Part shown: piece after piece, positions 33,660-45,700 of the stretch
Layout: each line of letters begins with the position of its first letter
Position numbering within the stretch: the first letter of the stretch is position 1
Source of the DNA: Clostridia bacterium
GTDB lineage: Bacteria > Bacillota > Clostridia > Oscillospirales > CAG-272
Length of the DNA: 64,000 nt
Direction of reading: 5' to 3'
Assembly (NCBI GenBank): GCA_017456145.1
Contig: JAFTJZ010000034.1
Coordinates: forward strand, 2,412-66,411
Program-made: the position numbers and the translations under genes
The notes under the pieces: model-generated
Seen by the model: only the letters and a program-made list of their open reading frames with translations
Databases searched by the model: none
What the model was told of the DNA's origin: nothing

Positions 33660-34517
33660 ATGACCGATCCACTGGCTTATGAGAAGGCGCACTTTTCGCG
33701 CATTGCCGAGGAGCATCTGCGCCGCAGCGCGCTTGCGGCAGCTGCGGGCGAGAGCGGCATCGGCACGCTCAACGAAAAACACCTGCACGCCATTCTCAAG
33801 GATTATATGTGTGAGGACCGTGCGCGCCAGGAGGTGCGTCTGGATGACCATATCATCACGGGGCGATATCCCATTCGCGACGACAAGATCATCAAGCGCG
33901 ACGCCGACCGCTACGTTGCAGATATTCTGACCGAGGCGGACGAGATCATCGAAATTCAGACAGGTAGCTTTTACCCACTGGTCAAAAAGCTGGATTTTTA
34001 CCTTCGCATGACCGATTGTCGCGTTACGGTGGTACATCCCATCGCGGCGCAAAAATGGCTGCGTTATCTGGACGGCAACAGCGGAGAGCTCTCTGCTCGC
34101 CGTCGCAGCCCCAAGCATGAGGGTGTCAAAGACATTGCGCATGAGCTGTATTGGCTCGCGCCATATCTTGCCGAGCCGCGATTCTCCTTACAGCTGGAGC
34201 TTTTGGAGGTCGAAGAGATCCGTATGACGGGGGTCAAAAAATATCGCGGGCGGCATCGCTCCGAGCGATACGATTGTATCCCGCTGGCTCTGCTGGATGA
34301 GATCGTGCTCACCTGCCCCGAGGATTACGCCGAGCACTTCCTCCCCGACGAGAGCGTACTCCCCTCTCCCATCAGCGCTGCCGACTTCAGCCGCGCCACA
34401 GGCATCCGCGGGCGCGCTGTCTACGGCATTCTCGGCATCCTTTGCGACCTCGGATTTCTCCGCGTCATGGATAAAGAGGAAATCAAGGCGCGCGGTCGCC
34501 GCTGGGCGCGGCTATGA
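33660..34517 (+). CDS. Hypothetical protein with PD-(D/E)xK nuclease-like core (CoiA-like D...E-I-Q signature)
   Basis: ORF 33387..34517 trimmed to ATG 33660 (AGGAGtcctATG). The motif RYVADILTEADEIIEIQTGSF resembles the D-x(n)-E-x-Q nuclease core. The assignment is tentative. Confidence 0.5.
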   Translation: MTDPLAYEKAHFSRIAEEHLRRSALAAAAGESGIGTLNEKHLHAILKDYMCEDRARQEVRLDDHIITGRYPIRDDKIIKRDADRYVADILTEADEIIEIQTGSFYPLVKKLDFYLRMTDCRVTVVHPIAAQKWLRYLDGNSGELSARRRSPKHEGVKDIAHELYWLAPYLAEPRFSLQLELLEVEEIRMTGVKKYRGRHRSERYDCIPLALLDEIVLTCPEDYAEHFLPDESVLPSPISAADFSRATGIRGRAVYGILGILCDLGFLRVMDKEEIKARGRRWARL

Positions 34518-34535
34518 TTTATTCAAAAAAATATC

Positions 34536-34572
34536 GATCGGGCTGTCTCACACAAGGCGAGACAGCCCGATC
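34536..34572. terminator. Strong hairpin between convergent genes
   Basis: GATCGGGCTGTCTC-acacaaggc-GAGACAGCCCGATC. Confidence 0.65.
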
Positions 34573-34613
34573 GTATTTCGGCGTACAGATGAAGGCTGTT
34601 GGAGCCCCCCCCA

Positions 34614-34647
34614 CTTTAGGTGCTTTTTCGGGGAAAAGCACCTAAAG
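34614..34647. terminator. Second hairpin between convergent genes
   Basis: CTTTAGGTGCTTT-ttcgggga-AAAGCACCTAAAG. Confidence 0.55.
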
Positions 34648-34710
34648 AATCCTGAAACAGCTGATAGAAGGGGAGAGTCATAAGCTTTTGTCCGTATGCA
34701 TTGCGCTTGC

Positions 34711-37700
34711 TCACTCCTCGTCGTCGAAATGGATATCCTCCTCTTCCTCGGGGAGCGTCTCGTGGTGGTGGCGTTTTTCACGCTCTGCCGCCTCATAAGC
34801 ATCAAACTCGGTGAAATCGATTTCGTCCTCGTCCTCATCATCAAAGGAGTTTTCCCGATGATGGTGGTGGTGATGATGCTCCTGCTGTATTTCGGACGTT
34901 TTCGGTGTCTTTTTCTTTTTCCGCGCACTCGGATGTTGCCCCGTTGCAGCGTCGGTCAGCTCCTCTACGTCCATCAGCGCGTTGCCCGCAATTTTTTGAT
35001 ACAGAGTCTTGCAGCCCTTGCCGATCAGAACCAGCCCAAAGAGGATCATCGAGCCCAGCCATTTGCCTCCGCGCAGCAGCATGGCACCGACCTTCTTGGC
35101 CGCGCGTACCACAGCGGCAGCGAATTTCTTTATCCAAGCGCCAACCGTTGCCAAGACAGCCCTGGCTTTGGCAAGCATGACCGCAGATTTGCTTTCCTTT
35201 TGAGGATCCGCGGGAGCCGTTGTCTCCTCGGATTCTTCTTTCGACGCGGGTGCCTCTTGCGCGGCGATGACAGGTACATCTTCCTCGGATGTTTCGTTGG
35301 CGGTTGCATCCTCGGTCGCGGGAACGTCGGCTGTGGTAGCGCGCGCCTTCTTTCTGCGGCGCAGCCATATGATCAGCACGATCCCGCCCGCAAGGAGGAC
35401 CAGTGCGATGATCGCATACAAGGCTAAGAAGTTAAAGCCATCGTCATAGTCCGGGACGTAGGTGTCCTGACCACCGACCGTAGCAGAGGTAAAAGTCGCG
35501 GTGTAGATGGCATCTGCATTGACCGTCGTCACATCGGGCGACCATCCCGCAAAGGTAAAGACGGTGTCTCCCTGTTGCGCTTTGGTCGGCGACTCGGGCA
35601 GTGTGACAGTGTCTCCCTTGTGATAGATCGCCGTGGAGATTTCCACCCCGTCCACAACAAAGGTCACCGTGTATTCCCGCAGCTGCAGTGCCGAACGGAT
35701 GACCACGTTCTCCGCAGGCATGGTGAAGGTGTAGCTGACGCCATCCTCACCGACCGTCAGCGGGTAAACCACGCCGCTGCTCTCACCCGTAACGGTTACA
35801 AAATCCACAACGTAACCTTCCTCGTGGCGGAGCGTAAAGGTAACGGTCTGATCCTGCAGCGATTGGCGGGCAGGCAGCGTGATCACGCCGCTCTGTACTC
35901 CCTCCTCGTCCTGTGCGATGTTGAGCTTGAACTCGTTGCGGAAACACAGCGTACCGCCGCCCGTAAACTTTACGGTTAGAAATCCGCCCTCTGCATCGTA
36001 GGTAGCAGCAAGCTCGTTCAGCGCACCGTCCGCACCCATGGTATAAACACGGGTCGCGTCGCAGGCGGCACCCAGACACTGGGTGATGAGCGTAGCGTTA
36101 TATTTCGGCGTGATCGCCTTTTCATTGGCATCCAGATATTGCACCTCGCAGGCATCTGCCATGCCGTCAACGGTGCGGTTGCTCAGCACAATGTAGGTAC
36201 AGTTGCCCGAGCGCAGATCCCCCAGCAGTGCCTCGCCCAGAGACAGCGTTGCATCGCCATCGCGCATAACGATCTCCACCATGCGGTCGTCTGTCACGGC
36301 AAGCTCCAGCAGGCGGTTGATCCGTACGCGGCTGCTGTCACTGACGATACGGTAGACCGTACCTGTATCTATGACGGTCAGCGTGGTTCCGCTGCCGTTC
36401 TCGGCGATGCTCGCCTGCTCATAAACAGCGGTAAAGACGGCATCGCCCGTCAGAGGCGTCAGGCGTCGATCCCATCCGCGGAAGATATATACATAATCGC
36501 CGTCGGCGGCTTTGTCCGTACTGCCCTTGAAGGCAGGAGTTTCACCCAGCAGATAGTCCTCGGTGATCTCCTTGCCGTCGATGATCCATTTCACGGTGCA
36601 TTTCCGGGGCACCGCGCGCCACATAGCCTCATACGTTACGTCACCCGTCACAGGGGTCAGCGAAGGAGACCAGCCGACAAACTCATATGCGTTTTGTGCA
36701 TCGGGGTCCTTAACGGGGGTGTTTTCCGAATAAGAGGGTGCCTCGCCGTAGGCGACGGTCTGCTGCGTCGTCCGACCGTCAACGTTCCATGTGACGGTAT
36801 AGCTGCGAAGAGTGGCATCGTAGGCGGCGTAATAGGCGATATTGCCCGCATCTGCCTCACCAAAGAGAGCATCCTCTCCGTTGGATGTTTTCCATCCTGC
36901 AAAGGTGTAGGTATATTTTGCACTCTGCTCACGGGTGGGAGTCTCTCCATCATAGGTGATCTGCTCTCCGCGGATCAAAGTGTACTGCTCGATGACGGTT
37001 TGTCCGTCATAATCGTAGAAGGTGACTACACTGACCTGCGCGGGAGCGACGGTCATGGAGACCGAGGCACTCAGGCGAATGGTCTCCTGCGAGCCCTCCG
37101 ATCTGTAGGCAAGTGTACCCGAATCGATAGCATCGATCAGGTCACGCTGCAAATCCGTATAGTCGGGCGCGGCGGGTGCAGCCCCCGGTTGCGCGACGGG
37201 CTGCGGCTCGGTGGGCTGCTGCACGGGTGCGGGAGCGGTCGGCTCCAGCACGGTATCGGGCTCCACGGGCTTTGTCACAGGCGTGGGGATGGTCGGCTTT
37301 TCCACAGGGGTCGGCACGACCGGCTCCTCCACGGGGGCGGGCAGGTCGGGCAGCGAGGAGGGATTCGCATTGTTGTTGTCCGCGGGGATCTGATTGCTGT
37401 CCAAAAGCTCGGAATAGCTGAAGATAAACTGCTCATTGGGATTGGCAAGGCCGGTGATGGTCCAGCCACTATAGCGGGCCTGACTGTCATCCAGACCCGA
37501 GCTGACCACGTAAAGCTGGGCGACAAACTCCATATAACGGTGCAGACGATCGAACATTTCATCCAGCGCCCACTTGACGCTGTTGTTCTGGAACAAGGCA
37601 TACAAACTGCCGTACAGGCTGCCCATGTTGCTGCTGATGGAGGAATAATTCTGCTTATAATACGTCAGTTTCTCCGCAAGCGTGCTGCAGGAGGCATACC

Positions 37701-38811
37701 CCGAGAGCAGTGTTTTGAGCGCGGAGGTTGCACTCGCCGCCTGCTCAATGGCACTTTCGGAAACGCCCGCCTGCACCAGCTCGTTGCGGCGGTTGAGCAC
37801 CTGATCGACCGTGCCGCCCATCAGTGTAGCGTACAGTTGCTTTCCGTCGCTGCTGTACGCGTAAATGCTCTCCATAACGGCGAGCACCTCCTCGGCACGA
37901 GCAAGCTGGGCACAATACAGCTCATATTCCTGAAGTCTTTGATCGTAGCTGGAAACGTCATCCAGATATTGCTCATATGCGGCGAGCTTGCCGTCGTATT
38001 CCGCCTCCGCTTTTACGTATGCGTTGTAGGCATCAAGCTCGGTCTGATACTCGGCATAATCCTCAAGATAGTCTTGATAGGCAGCATACTTGGCGTCATA
38101 CTTTTCTTTTTCCACCAGATAATTTTCCCAAGCGGCTACATCCTGCTCATATCTCGCAGTGGCAGCGATATATGCCTCATATGCGGCAAGCTGCTCGGTA
38201 TACCGCTCATAATTTTCATTTTCCTCCCACAGGTCATACGCATATGAATACGCATAATTCCGATAATAATCGGCAAGCGTCGCGGAAATGACCACCGAGC
38301 AGGTATAATCCACGTATACCCTGTTCTGCTGCGCGGCGTTGACCGAGGAAAACGTGGCGTCATACGTTCCCGTAGTATAGGAGTAGTTCAGGTTCTGGTA
38401 GGTGCTGTTCATCGTCACACCGGAGGGCACCCAGTGGATCTGCGCCCCGCTGGCCGAGGTATAGGTATAGCTTTGCGCACGGACGTGCAGCTTGGCTCCC
38501 TCATATTCCGCCGAAACACAGTCTACGGGAATGGCGTTGCTGTAGAGGAACACCTCTTCTCCAAGCATGGTGTTAAGATATTCACGCTCTGCCGAGGGCA
38601 GGCTTTTCCCCGTGAGCATGGAGACAAAATCTGCCGCCCCTGTTTCAATCACGACGGGCGAGGAAGGATTGCTGTAATCCAGCACGGCGATCGCATCGGC
38701 TGCGGCAGCCATAGGAGCGGCAAGCATCGGCATAAGGCAAGCCAATGTCAGCAGCAACAATATCCCCGTGCGGCACACGCGTTCGCTCAAATTTCTGCAT
38801 CTATGTTTCAT
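34711..38811 (-). CDS. Giant cell-surface protein (1366 aa) with InlB-type B-repeat (Flg_new-like) domains, a TM anchor and a His/acid-rich cytoplasmic tail
   Basis: Signal peptide ILLLLTLACLMPMLAAPMAAAADA. It has a Tyr-rich coiled-coil, a Pro-rich linker (PVEEPVVPTPVEKPTIPTPV...) and repeated YxVTF/..F.GW motifs (YTYTFAGWKT, YEFVGWSP, YIFRGWDR, FTFAGWSP). The TM helix is LALYAIIALVLLAGGIVLIIWL and the tail contains HHHHHHH. Confidence 0.85.
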   Translation of the reverse strand: MKHRCRNLSERVCRTGILLLLTLACLMPMLAAPMAAAADAIAVLDYSNPSSPVVIETGAADFVSMLTGKSLPSAEREYLNTMLGEEVFLYSNAIPVDCVSAEYEGAKLHVRAQSYTYTSASGAQIHWVPSGVTMNSTYQNLNYSYTTGTYDATFSSVNAAQQNRVYVDYTCSVVISATLADYYRNYAYSYAYDLWEENENYERYTEQLAAYEAYIAATARYEQDVAAWENYLVEKEKYDAKYAAYQDYLEDYAEYQTELDAYNAYVKAEAEYDGKLAAYEQYLDDVSSYDQRLQEYELYCAQLARAEEVLAVMESIYAYSSDGKQLYATLMGGTVDQVLNRRNELVQAGVSESAIEQAASATSALKTLLSGYASCSTLAEKLTYYKQNYSSISSNMGSLYGSLYALFQNNSVKWALDEMFDRLHRYMEFVAQLYVVSSGLDDSQARYSGWTITGLANPNEQFIFSYSELLDSNQIPADNNNANPSSLPDLPAPVEEPVVPTPVEKPTIPTPVTKPVEPDTVLEPTAPAPVQQPTEPQPVAQPGAAPAAPDYTDLQRDLIDAIDSGTLAYRSEGSQETIRLSASVSMTVAPAQVSVVTFYDYDGQTVIEQYTLIRGEQITYDGETPTREQSAKYTYTFAGWKTSNGEDALFGEADAGNIAYYAAYDATLRSYTVTWNVDGRTTQQTVAYGEAPSYSENTPVKDPDAQNAYEFVGWSPSLTPVTGDVTYEAMWRAVPRKCTVKWIIDGKEITEDYLLGETPAFKGSTDKAADGDYVYIFRGWDRRLTPLTGDAVFTAVYEQASIAENGSGTTLTVIDTGTVYRIVSDSSRVRINRLLELAVTDDRMVEIVMRDGDATLSLGEALLGDLRSGNCTYIVLSNRTVDGMADACEVQYLDANEKAITPKYNATLITQCLGAACDATRVYTMGADGALNELAATYDAEGGFLTVKFTGGGTLCFRNEFKLNIAQDEEGVQSGVITLPARQSLQDQTVTFTLRHEEGYVVDFVTVTGESSGVVYPLTVGEDGVSYTFTMPAENVVIRSALQLREYTVTFVVDGVEISTAIYHKGDTVTLPESPTKAQQGDTVFTFAGWSPDVTTVNADAIYTATFTSATVGGQDTYVPDYDDGFNFLALYAIIALVLLAGGIVLIIWLRRRKKARATTADVPATEDATANETSEEDVPVIAAQEAPASKEESEETTAPADPQKESKSAVMLAKARAVLATVGAWIKKFAAAVVRAAKKVGAMLLRGGKWLGSMILFGLVLIGKGCKTLYQKIAGNALMDVEELTDAATGQHPSARKKKKTPKTSEIQQEHHHHHHHRENSFDDEDEDEIDFTEFDAYEAAEREKRHHHETLPEEEEDIHFDDEE

Positions 38812-38891
38812 GGAGAGTACCTCTTTCTCGGATTCTTCTTATATTATAACATTTTTCCTTGTATTTTGCAATAGCCTTGCCGCTTTTGGTG

Positions 38892-38920
38892 TTGACAAAT
38901 CATAAATTTTTTCGTATAAT
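38892..38920 (+). promoter_or_regulatory. Consensus promoter of the ABC-F gene
   Basis: TTGACA (38892..38897), a 17-nt spacer, then TATAAT (38915..38920). Confidence 0.7.
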
Positions 38921-38972
38921 ATAAGATGATACGATACAAATACCGAAACACACACCCGAAAGAGTTTGATCT

Positions 38973-40967
<1,995 letters not shown>

Positions 40968-41127
40968 ATACGTGGACTTGCCCCATGCCCCCGCCGAAAC
41001 CTTTCTTGAAGGGATGGTTCCGATCATCAATAAGCTTTGGAGAAAATACGAATTTGTGTGTTCCATCCAAATGATTTTTAAGTTTGAGAATTCCAAGAGG
41101 ATTATTACGAAGGTCCCTGAGCGGGTC

Positions 41128-41149
41128 GCAGAGCAATGCTCTGCATTTT
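41128..41149 (+). terminator. Short hairpin + T-run just upstream of the thioesterase RBS
   Basis: GCAGAGC-aat-GCTCTGC followed by ATTTTG. Confidence 0.45.
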
Positions 41150-41166
41150 GAAAAAAGGAGATTAGT

Positions 41167-41916
41167 ATGTATCACATCGAACAATATCGTACAAAATGGC
41201 ACGACACGGACGCCAACCGCATGGTTCGCCCGTCACAAATGATGGTTTATCTGCAGGAGACCGCAAATCTGCACATGATCCAAGCGGGACAATCGCTGGA
41301 TGAGCTGCGTGACACGCGCGGGCTCGGATTTATTCTCACGCGCATGTCGATGGAGATCCATCAGCACGTCCACGCGCATGAAGACATCCAAGTCCGCACA
41401 TGGATCACCTACGGCAAGGGCTTTAATTATCCCCGCTATTTTTCCATGGAACGCCCGGACGGCTCCATCATCGCTCAAGCGTGCAGCCATTGGGTACTGC
41501 TCGATCTTGCAACCCACCGCCCTCTTCGCGCCGATGAATATCGTTACAACTACGAGCCCGAGCCCCCCCTTCCCCTCACGCCGCCCCGCCGTTTCCTTGT
41601 GCCTGAGAGCATGGAGTGTGTCGGTGAACGCAAGATCGTTTACTCCGACCTTGATTATAACGGCCACATGAACAATACCCGCTACCCCGATATGGTCTGC
41701 GACTTTCTTCCCGACGGCACGGTATCGCGCATCCGCGCCATGCATTTTAATTATGTCAACGAAGGAAAGGCCGGTGCGACGTTGCGCGTCATGCGCGGCG
41801 AGCGCACCACCGAGGACAACAACACGATCTATCTCGTCCAAACCTATGACGCCGACGACAAGCTTTGTCTTGATTGCGAGGTTCACGTCGCACCGTGCGA
41901 CCTGTGTGAGGGCTGA
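41167..41916 (+). CDS. Acyl-ACP thioesterase
   Basis: 249 aa. MYHIEQYRTKWHDTDANRMVRPSQMMVYLQE is a hotdog-fold acyl-ACP thioesterase N-terminus, and the second hotdog half carries YSDLDYNGHMNNTRY. Confidence 0.8.
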   Translation: MYHIEQYRTKWHDTDANRMVRPSQMMVYLQETANLHMIQAGQSLDELRDTRGLGFILTRMSMEIHQHVHAHEDIQVRTWITYGKGFNYPRYFSMERPDGSIIAQACSHWVLLDLATHRPLRADEYRYNYEPEPPLPLTPPRRFLVPESMECVGERKIVYSDLDYNGHMNNTRYPDMVCDFLPDGTVSRIRAMHFNYVNEGKAGATLRVMRGERTTEDNNTIYLVQTYDADDKLCLDCEVHVAPCDLCEG

Positions 41917-41918
41917 TC

Positions 41919-42386
41919 ATGGCATCGATCATCCCCCCCTATGCCGAATATATCAAGACCATCGCCCGTGCGGGGGAGGCGTTTAATCGTAACGCCTTCG
42001 CTGCGCTCGGGCTTGGCGCAACACACGCGGATTACATACGTACCATTTGCCGCAACGCAGGTATATCTCAAGAGGAGCTTGCCATGCGCATCGGGGTCTA
42101 TAAAAGCAACGTCACACGCACCTTGGTACAGTTGGAACAGGGCGGTTATATCGAGCGCCGACAAGGAACCGCAGATCGGCGTTGCATCTTGGTCTATCCA
42201 ACCGATCTTGCGTATGAACTACTCCCCGCCATCGTCGAGGTGCAGGGCGATTGGCGCGCAATTCTGACCGACGGCTTTTCACCTGAGGAAAAAGAGCAGC
42301 TCGCCGAGCTCTTGGAGCGCATGGAAGATAACGTCCGCCGTCACCGACTCGGCGAGACCGACATCGACGCAGACGTGGGGTATTAA
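41919..42386 (+). CDS. MarR-family transcriptional regulator
   Basis: 155 aa starting 2 nt after the thioesterase stop. Motif ISQEELAMRIGVYKSNVTRTLVQLEQGGYIERRQ...DRRCILVYPT. Confidence 0.85.
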   Translation: MASIIPPYAEYIKTIARAGEAFNRNAFAALGLGATHADYIRTICRNAGISQEELAMRIGVYKSNVTRTLVQLEQGGYIERRQGTADRRCILVYPTDLAYELLPAIVEVQGDWRAILTDGFSPEEKEQLAELLERMEDNVRRHRLGETDIDADVGY

Positions 42387-42643
42387 GATGTTTATCCCTC
42401 CGTAAGCCGATTACCCAATGACCTATGCTCAGACCATCAACACCGTTTCATACTTAGCTTTTTGACGATTTCCAAGGACCCTTTTCTCAAAAAGCTTATA
42501 TAAACTTTAGGGTCCCGATCCTCAACAAGCAATGGGGTGAGTTCCAAGTGCAAAAGATGCATTTGAAACTCACTCCGTCGTTTTTGCTTTCGGTTAAACA
42601 CCGTAAATTCCGTGCGGTAAAAAAGCCTGACATCGGCTTTTTT

Positions 42644-42672
42644 GCAAAAGGGCTGCGCCAATGACGCAGCCC
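42644..42672. terminator. Bidirectional intrinsic terminator between convergent genes
   Basis: GGGCTGCG-ccaatga-CGCAGCCC flanked by a T-run on both strands. A sister hairpin GGCTGCACCAATGACGCAGCC lies at 13837..13857. Confidence 0.7.
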
Positions 42673-42718
42673 TTGCTTTTTCGTTTATAGACTCACCGAA
42701 AGAATTTCGGTGTTGGCT

Positions 42719-45700
42719 TTATGCCTTGGGAGCTGCCTTCTTCTTCTTGATGATGAAGACAACAGCCACTGCGATACCGCCGGCAGCGACAACCGCAATC
42801 AGGATCCACAGCCACAGCAGGCTGCTCTCGGGCTCAACAACTTCATCCACAGCAGTATAAACCGCATTAACGGTCACATCGCCGGTGGTCAGCGTGTAGC
42901 TCTCCCACTTGCCGGTGTAGCCTTCCTTCTCAGGAACAGCAGGCTCGGTAATGGACTTATTCTCTACCGTGTACTTCGCAGTACCAACGGTCGTACCGTC
43001 AGCAACGAAGGTCACGGTGTACTCAATTGCCGTGTAAACAGCATTGATGGTGATATCAGCAGCGCCCAGCTTGTAGCTGTCCCACTTGCCCATATAGCCG
43101 TCCTTTGCGGGAACAGCAGGCTCGGTCAGCTTGGTATCGGTAGCCTTGAAGGTTACCTTAGCAACTTCCTTACCGTCAGCTACAAAGGTTGCGGTATAGG
43201 TCTTCTCCTCGCCGATTGCCGTGTACTCGGGCTTAACCGTCTGGTTGTAAGAACCGGTCTTGGAGTAGACTGTCTCATCCAGCAGCTTGTAGGATGCCCA
43301 TGCACCGGTGTAGCCATCCAGAGCGGGAACGGCGGGAGCCTTGATGGAGGTAGACTTGATGTTGAACTCAACCTTTGCTACCTGCTTGCCGTCCTTATCG
43401 ACGAAGGTGATGTAGTAGGTCTCAAGATCGTAAGATGCCTCTACCTTCTGGTCGTAGGAACCGGTCTTGGTATAGACAGCCTCGTCCAGCAGCTTGTAGG
43501 AGTTCCATTTGCCTGCCTTGTATCCCTTGACTGCGGGAACCGCGGGCTCGGTGATCTTGGTGTCCTCAATGTCGAAGGCAACCTTCTGAACGGTCTTGCC
43601 GTCCATGCCTACGAAGGTGATGTAGTAGGTCTCAAGCTCGTAAACGGGAGCAACGGTGATATCCTCTGCACCCAGCGTGTAGTCTGCCCACTTGCCGTTG
43701 GTATAACCCTTGACGGCGGGAACCGCGGGCTCGTCAACCTCGGTGTCACCTACAGAGTAGGGTACCTTGGCAACCGTCTCACCATCCTTGTCAACGAAAG
43801 TGACATAGTAGGTGTTGGAATCATAGATGGGAGCGACCTCGCGATCGAAGGAAAGCTCGTTCTCATAGTAGTAGTCTACATCCAGCAGCATATCTGCGGT
43901 CAGCTCGGGCCATGTGCCGATGTAACCGTCCTTCTTGGGAACCTCGGGATATTCGATCTCAATGTTCTCAACCGTGAAAGGAACCTTGGCAATCTCGTTG
44001 CCATCTGCATCCACAAAGGTTACATAATAAGTGATGGGCGTATAGACAACATCGATCGTGATGTCAGCCAAAGGCAGGAAGGGGAAACTCCAGGATGCCA
44101 CGTAACCGATAGGAGCCACAGGCAACTCGGGCATAAACATGGCGGGCAGAGTCTCAAACGAATACATACGAATTGCCCAGAGATTGTCACCGTTCATAAA
44201 GGTTGCGGTGTACATGGTGGGAACGTAGTAACCGTTGATCGTAATATCTGCATACTCCAGCGTATAGTCATCCCAGACCAGCGTGTAATGCAATCTGTTT
44301 GCAGTCGTGGGGAAGTTGAGCGTGGTAGGATCCGCAGGATCGAACTCGTCAGTACCGATGATCTCACCATCAACCACGAAAGTAGCAGTGAAGGAGCGAA
44401 CGGGGGTCAGCGTCAGATCACCTGCAGGCATGGTCAGCGCAGCGGGATCAACGACGGTTTTAGTATCAATATCCATCCACTTGGTCACACCCTCCAGCTG
44501 GACCTCTGCGAGATCAAACAGCTCTGCAAGAGCGTAGCCCTCGGTGCGGTAAGCGGTGTAGAGAACGCTCTCACCGTCCACAAACTGTACCTGATACAGA
44601 TCGGCGAAGGTAGCGTCAACACCGACGTTGTGTGTGATCACGTTGTTAACGACCAGAGACTGTGCCTGCTCGGGCACGGGGATCTCCAATGTGAACGCAA
44701 GATTCAGAATGAAACGGCCGTTACCCTCATAGAAATCAGCCAGCGTCTTGCCGTAAATTTCGTTCGCGGTGTTGCTGTCAACAACAGCAGTCAGAACGCG
44801 ATCCAGTACCTCGATCAGCTTGAGACGAATGGTCTCCGCCTGGCTCTCATACATATTCAGCTTATCCAGAATAACCTGATTGTAGCCGCCCAGCTCAATG
44901 GAGGACAGCACATTGCGCAGCTCATCCAGCGTCAGCTTGTTGAGCAGTGCGTCAACAGCTGCCTCAGCCTCCTCGGGCTCCAGCGTAGCGTTGCCAATGC
45001 CAAACAGCTTGTCACGCAGCTCCTGAGACAGCTCAGCGTTGGTCAGAGAAGTGACATAAAGCTCAGCCAGCTTTTCGGGAGCATTGATTACGAAATCATA
45101 ACCGATAGAATCGGAGCCGAGGTAATTGACACCCATCTGAACCATCGCGTCGATCTTGGACGCATAGTTGCAGATCTCGGTGGTATCGCCGACCAATGCG
45201 ACGTTAAAGCCGTTGGTGTATGTAACCCACTGGTTATTAGCACTATCGTAAACATCGTAGGAGAGGATAAAGGATGCGACCACACCGTCATCACCGACGT
45301 TGACGATGTCAGCGGGAGTAGGAACGGAAGCCGCAACTGCATACTCTGTTGCGGTCATGTCAAGGGCACGATCGCTGTAAACGACCACATCATTGAGACG
45401 GATCTCATAAATGTAGCCCAGGAATGCATCCAGCGCCGTGGGGAGCAGATCACTCTTAATCTTCTCAACGTCGATCGCAGCCATCAGCTCATCCTTGGTA
45501 ACGCCCTTAAGAGAATCCTTGAAGGCGTCCATGGAAAGAACATATTTGAAATCGACCAGAGAAACCAGACCACTCGGATCGTTGGTCATAAAGTAATCTA
45601 CGATCACATCCGTACCGATTGCACTGATAACGATATCCATCGGCACCCTTGTCGTATCGATGCACTCGACCAGAACAGTCGTTTCAACATCGTTGACAAC

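Noticed and set aside
36139-38247. 702-aa plus-strand ORF
   Set aside because: It is a codon-aligned antisense of the 1366-aa gene 34711..38811, and its translation is a Gly/Arg/Leu-rich low-complexity sequence.
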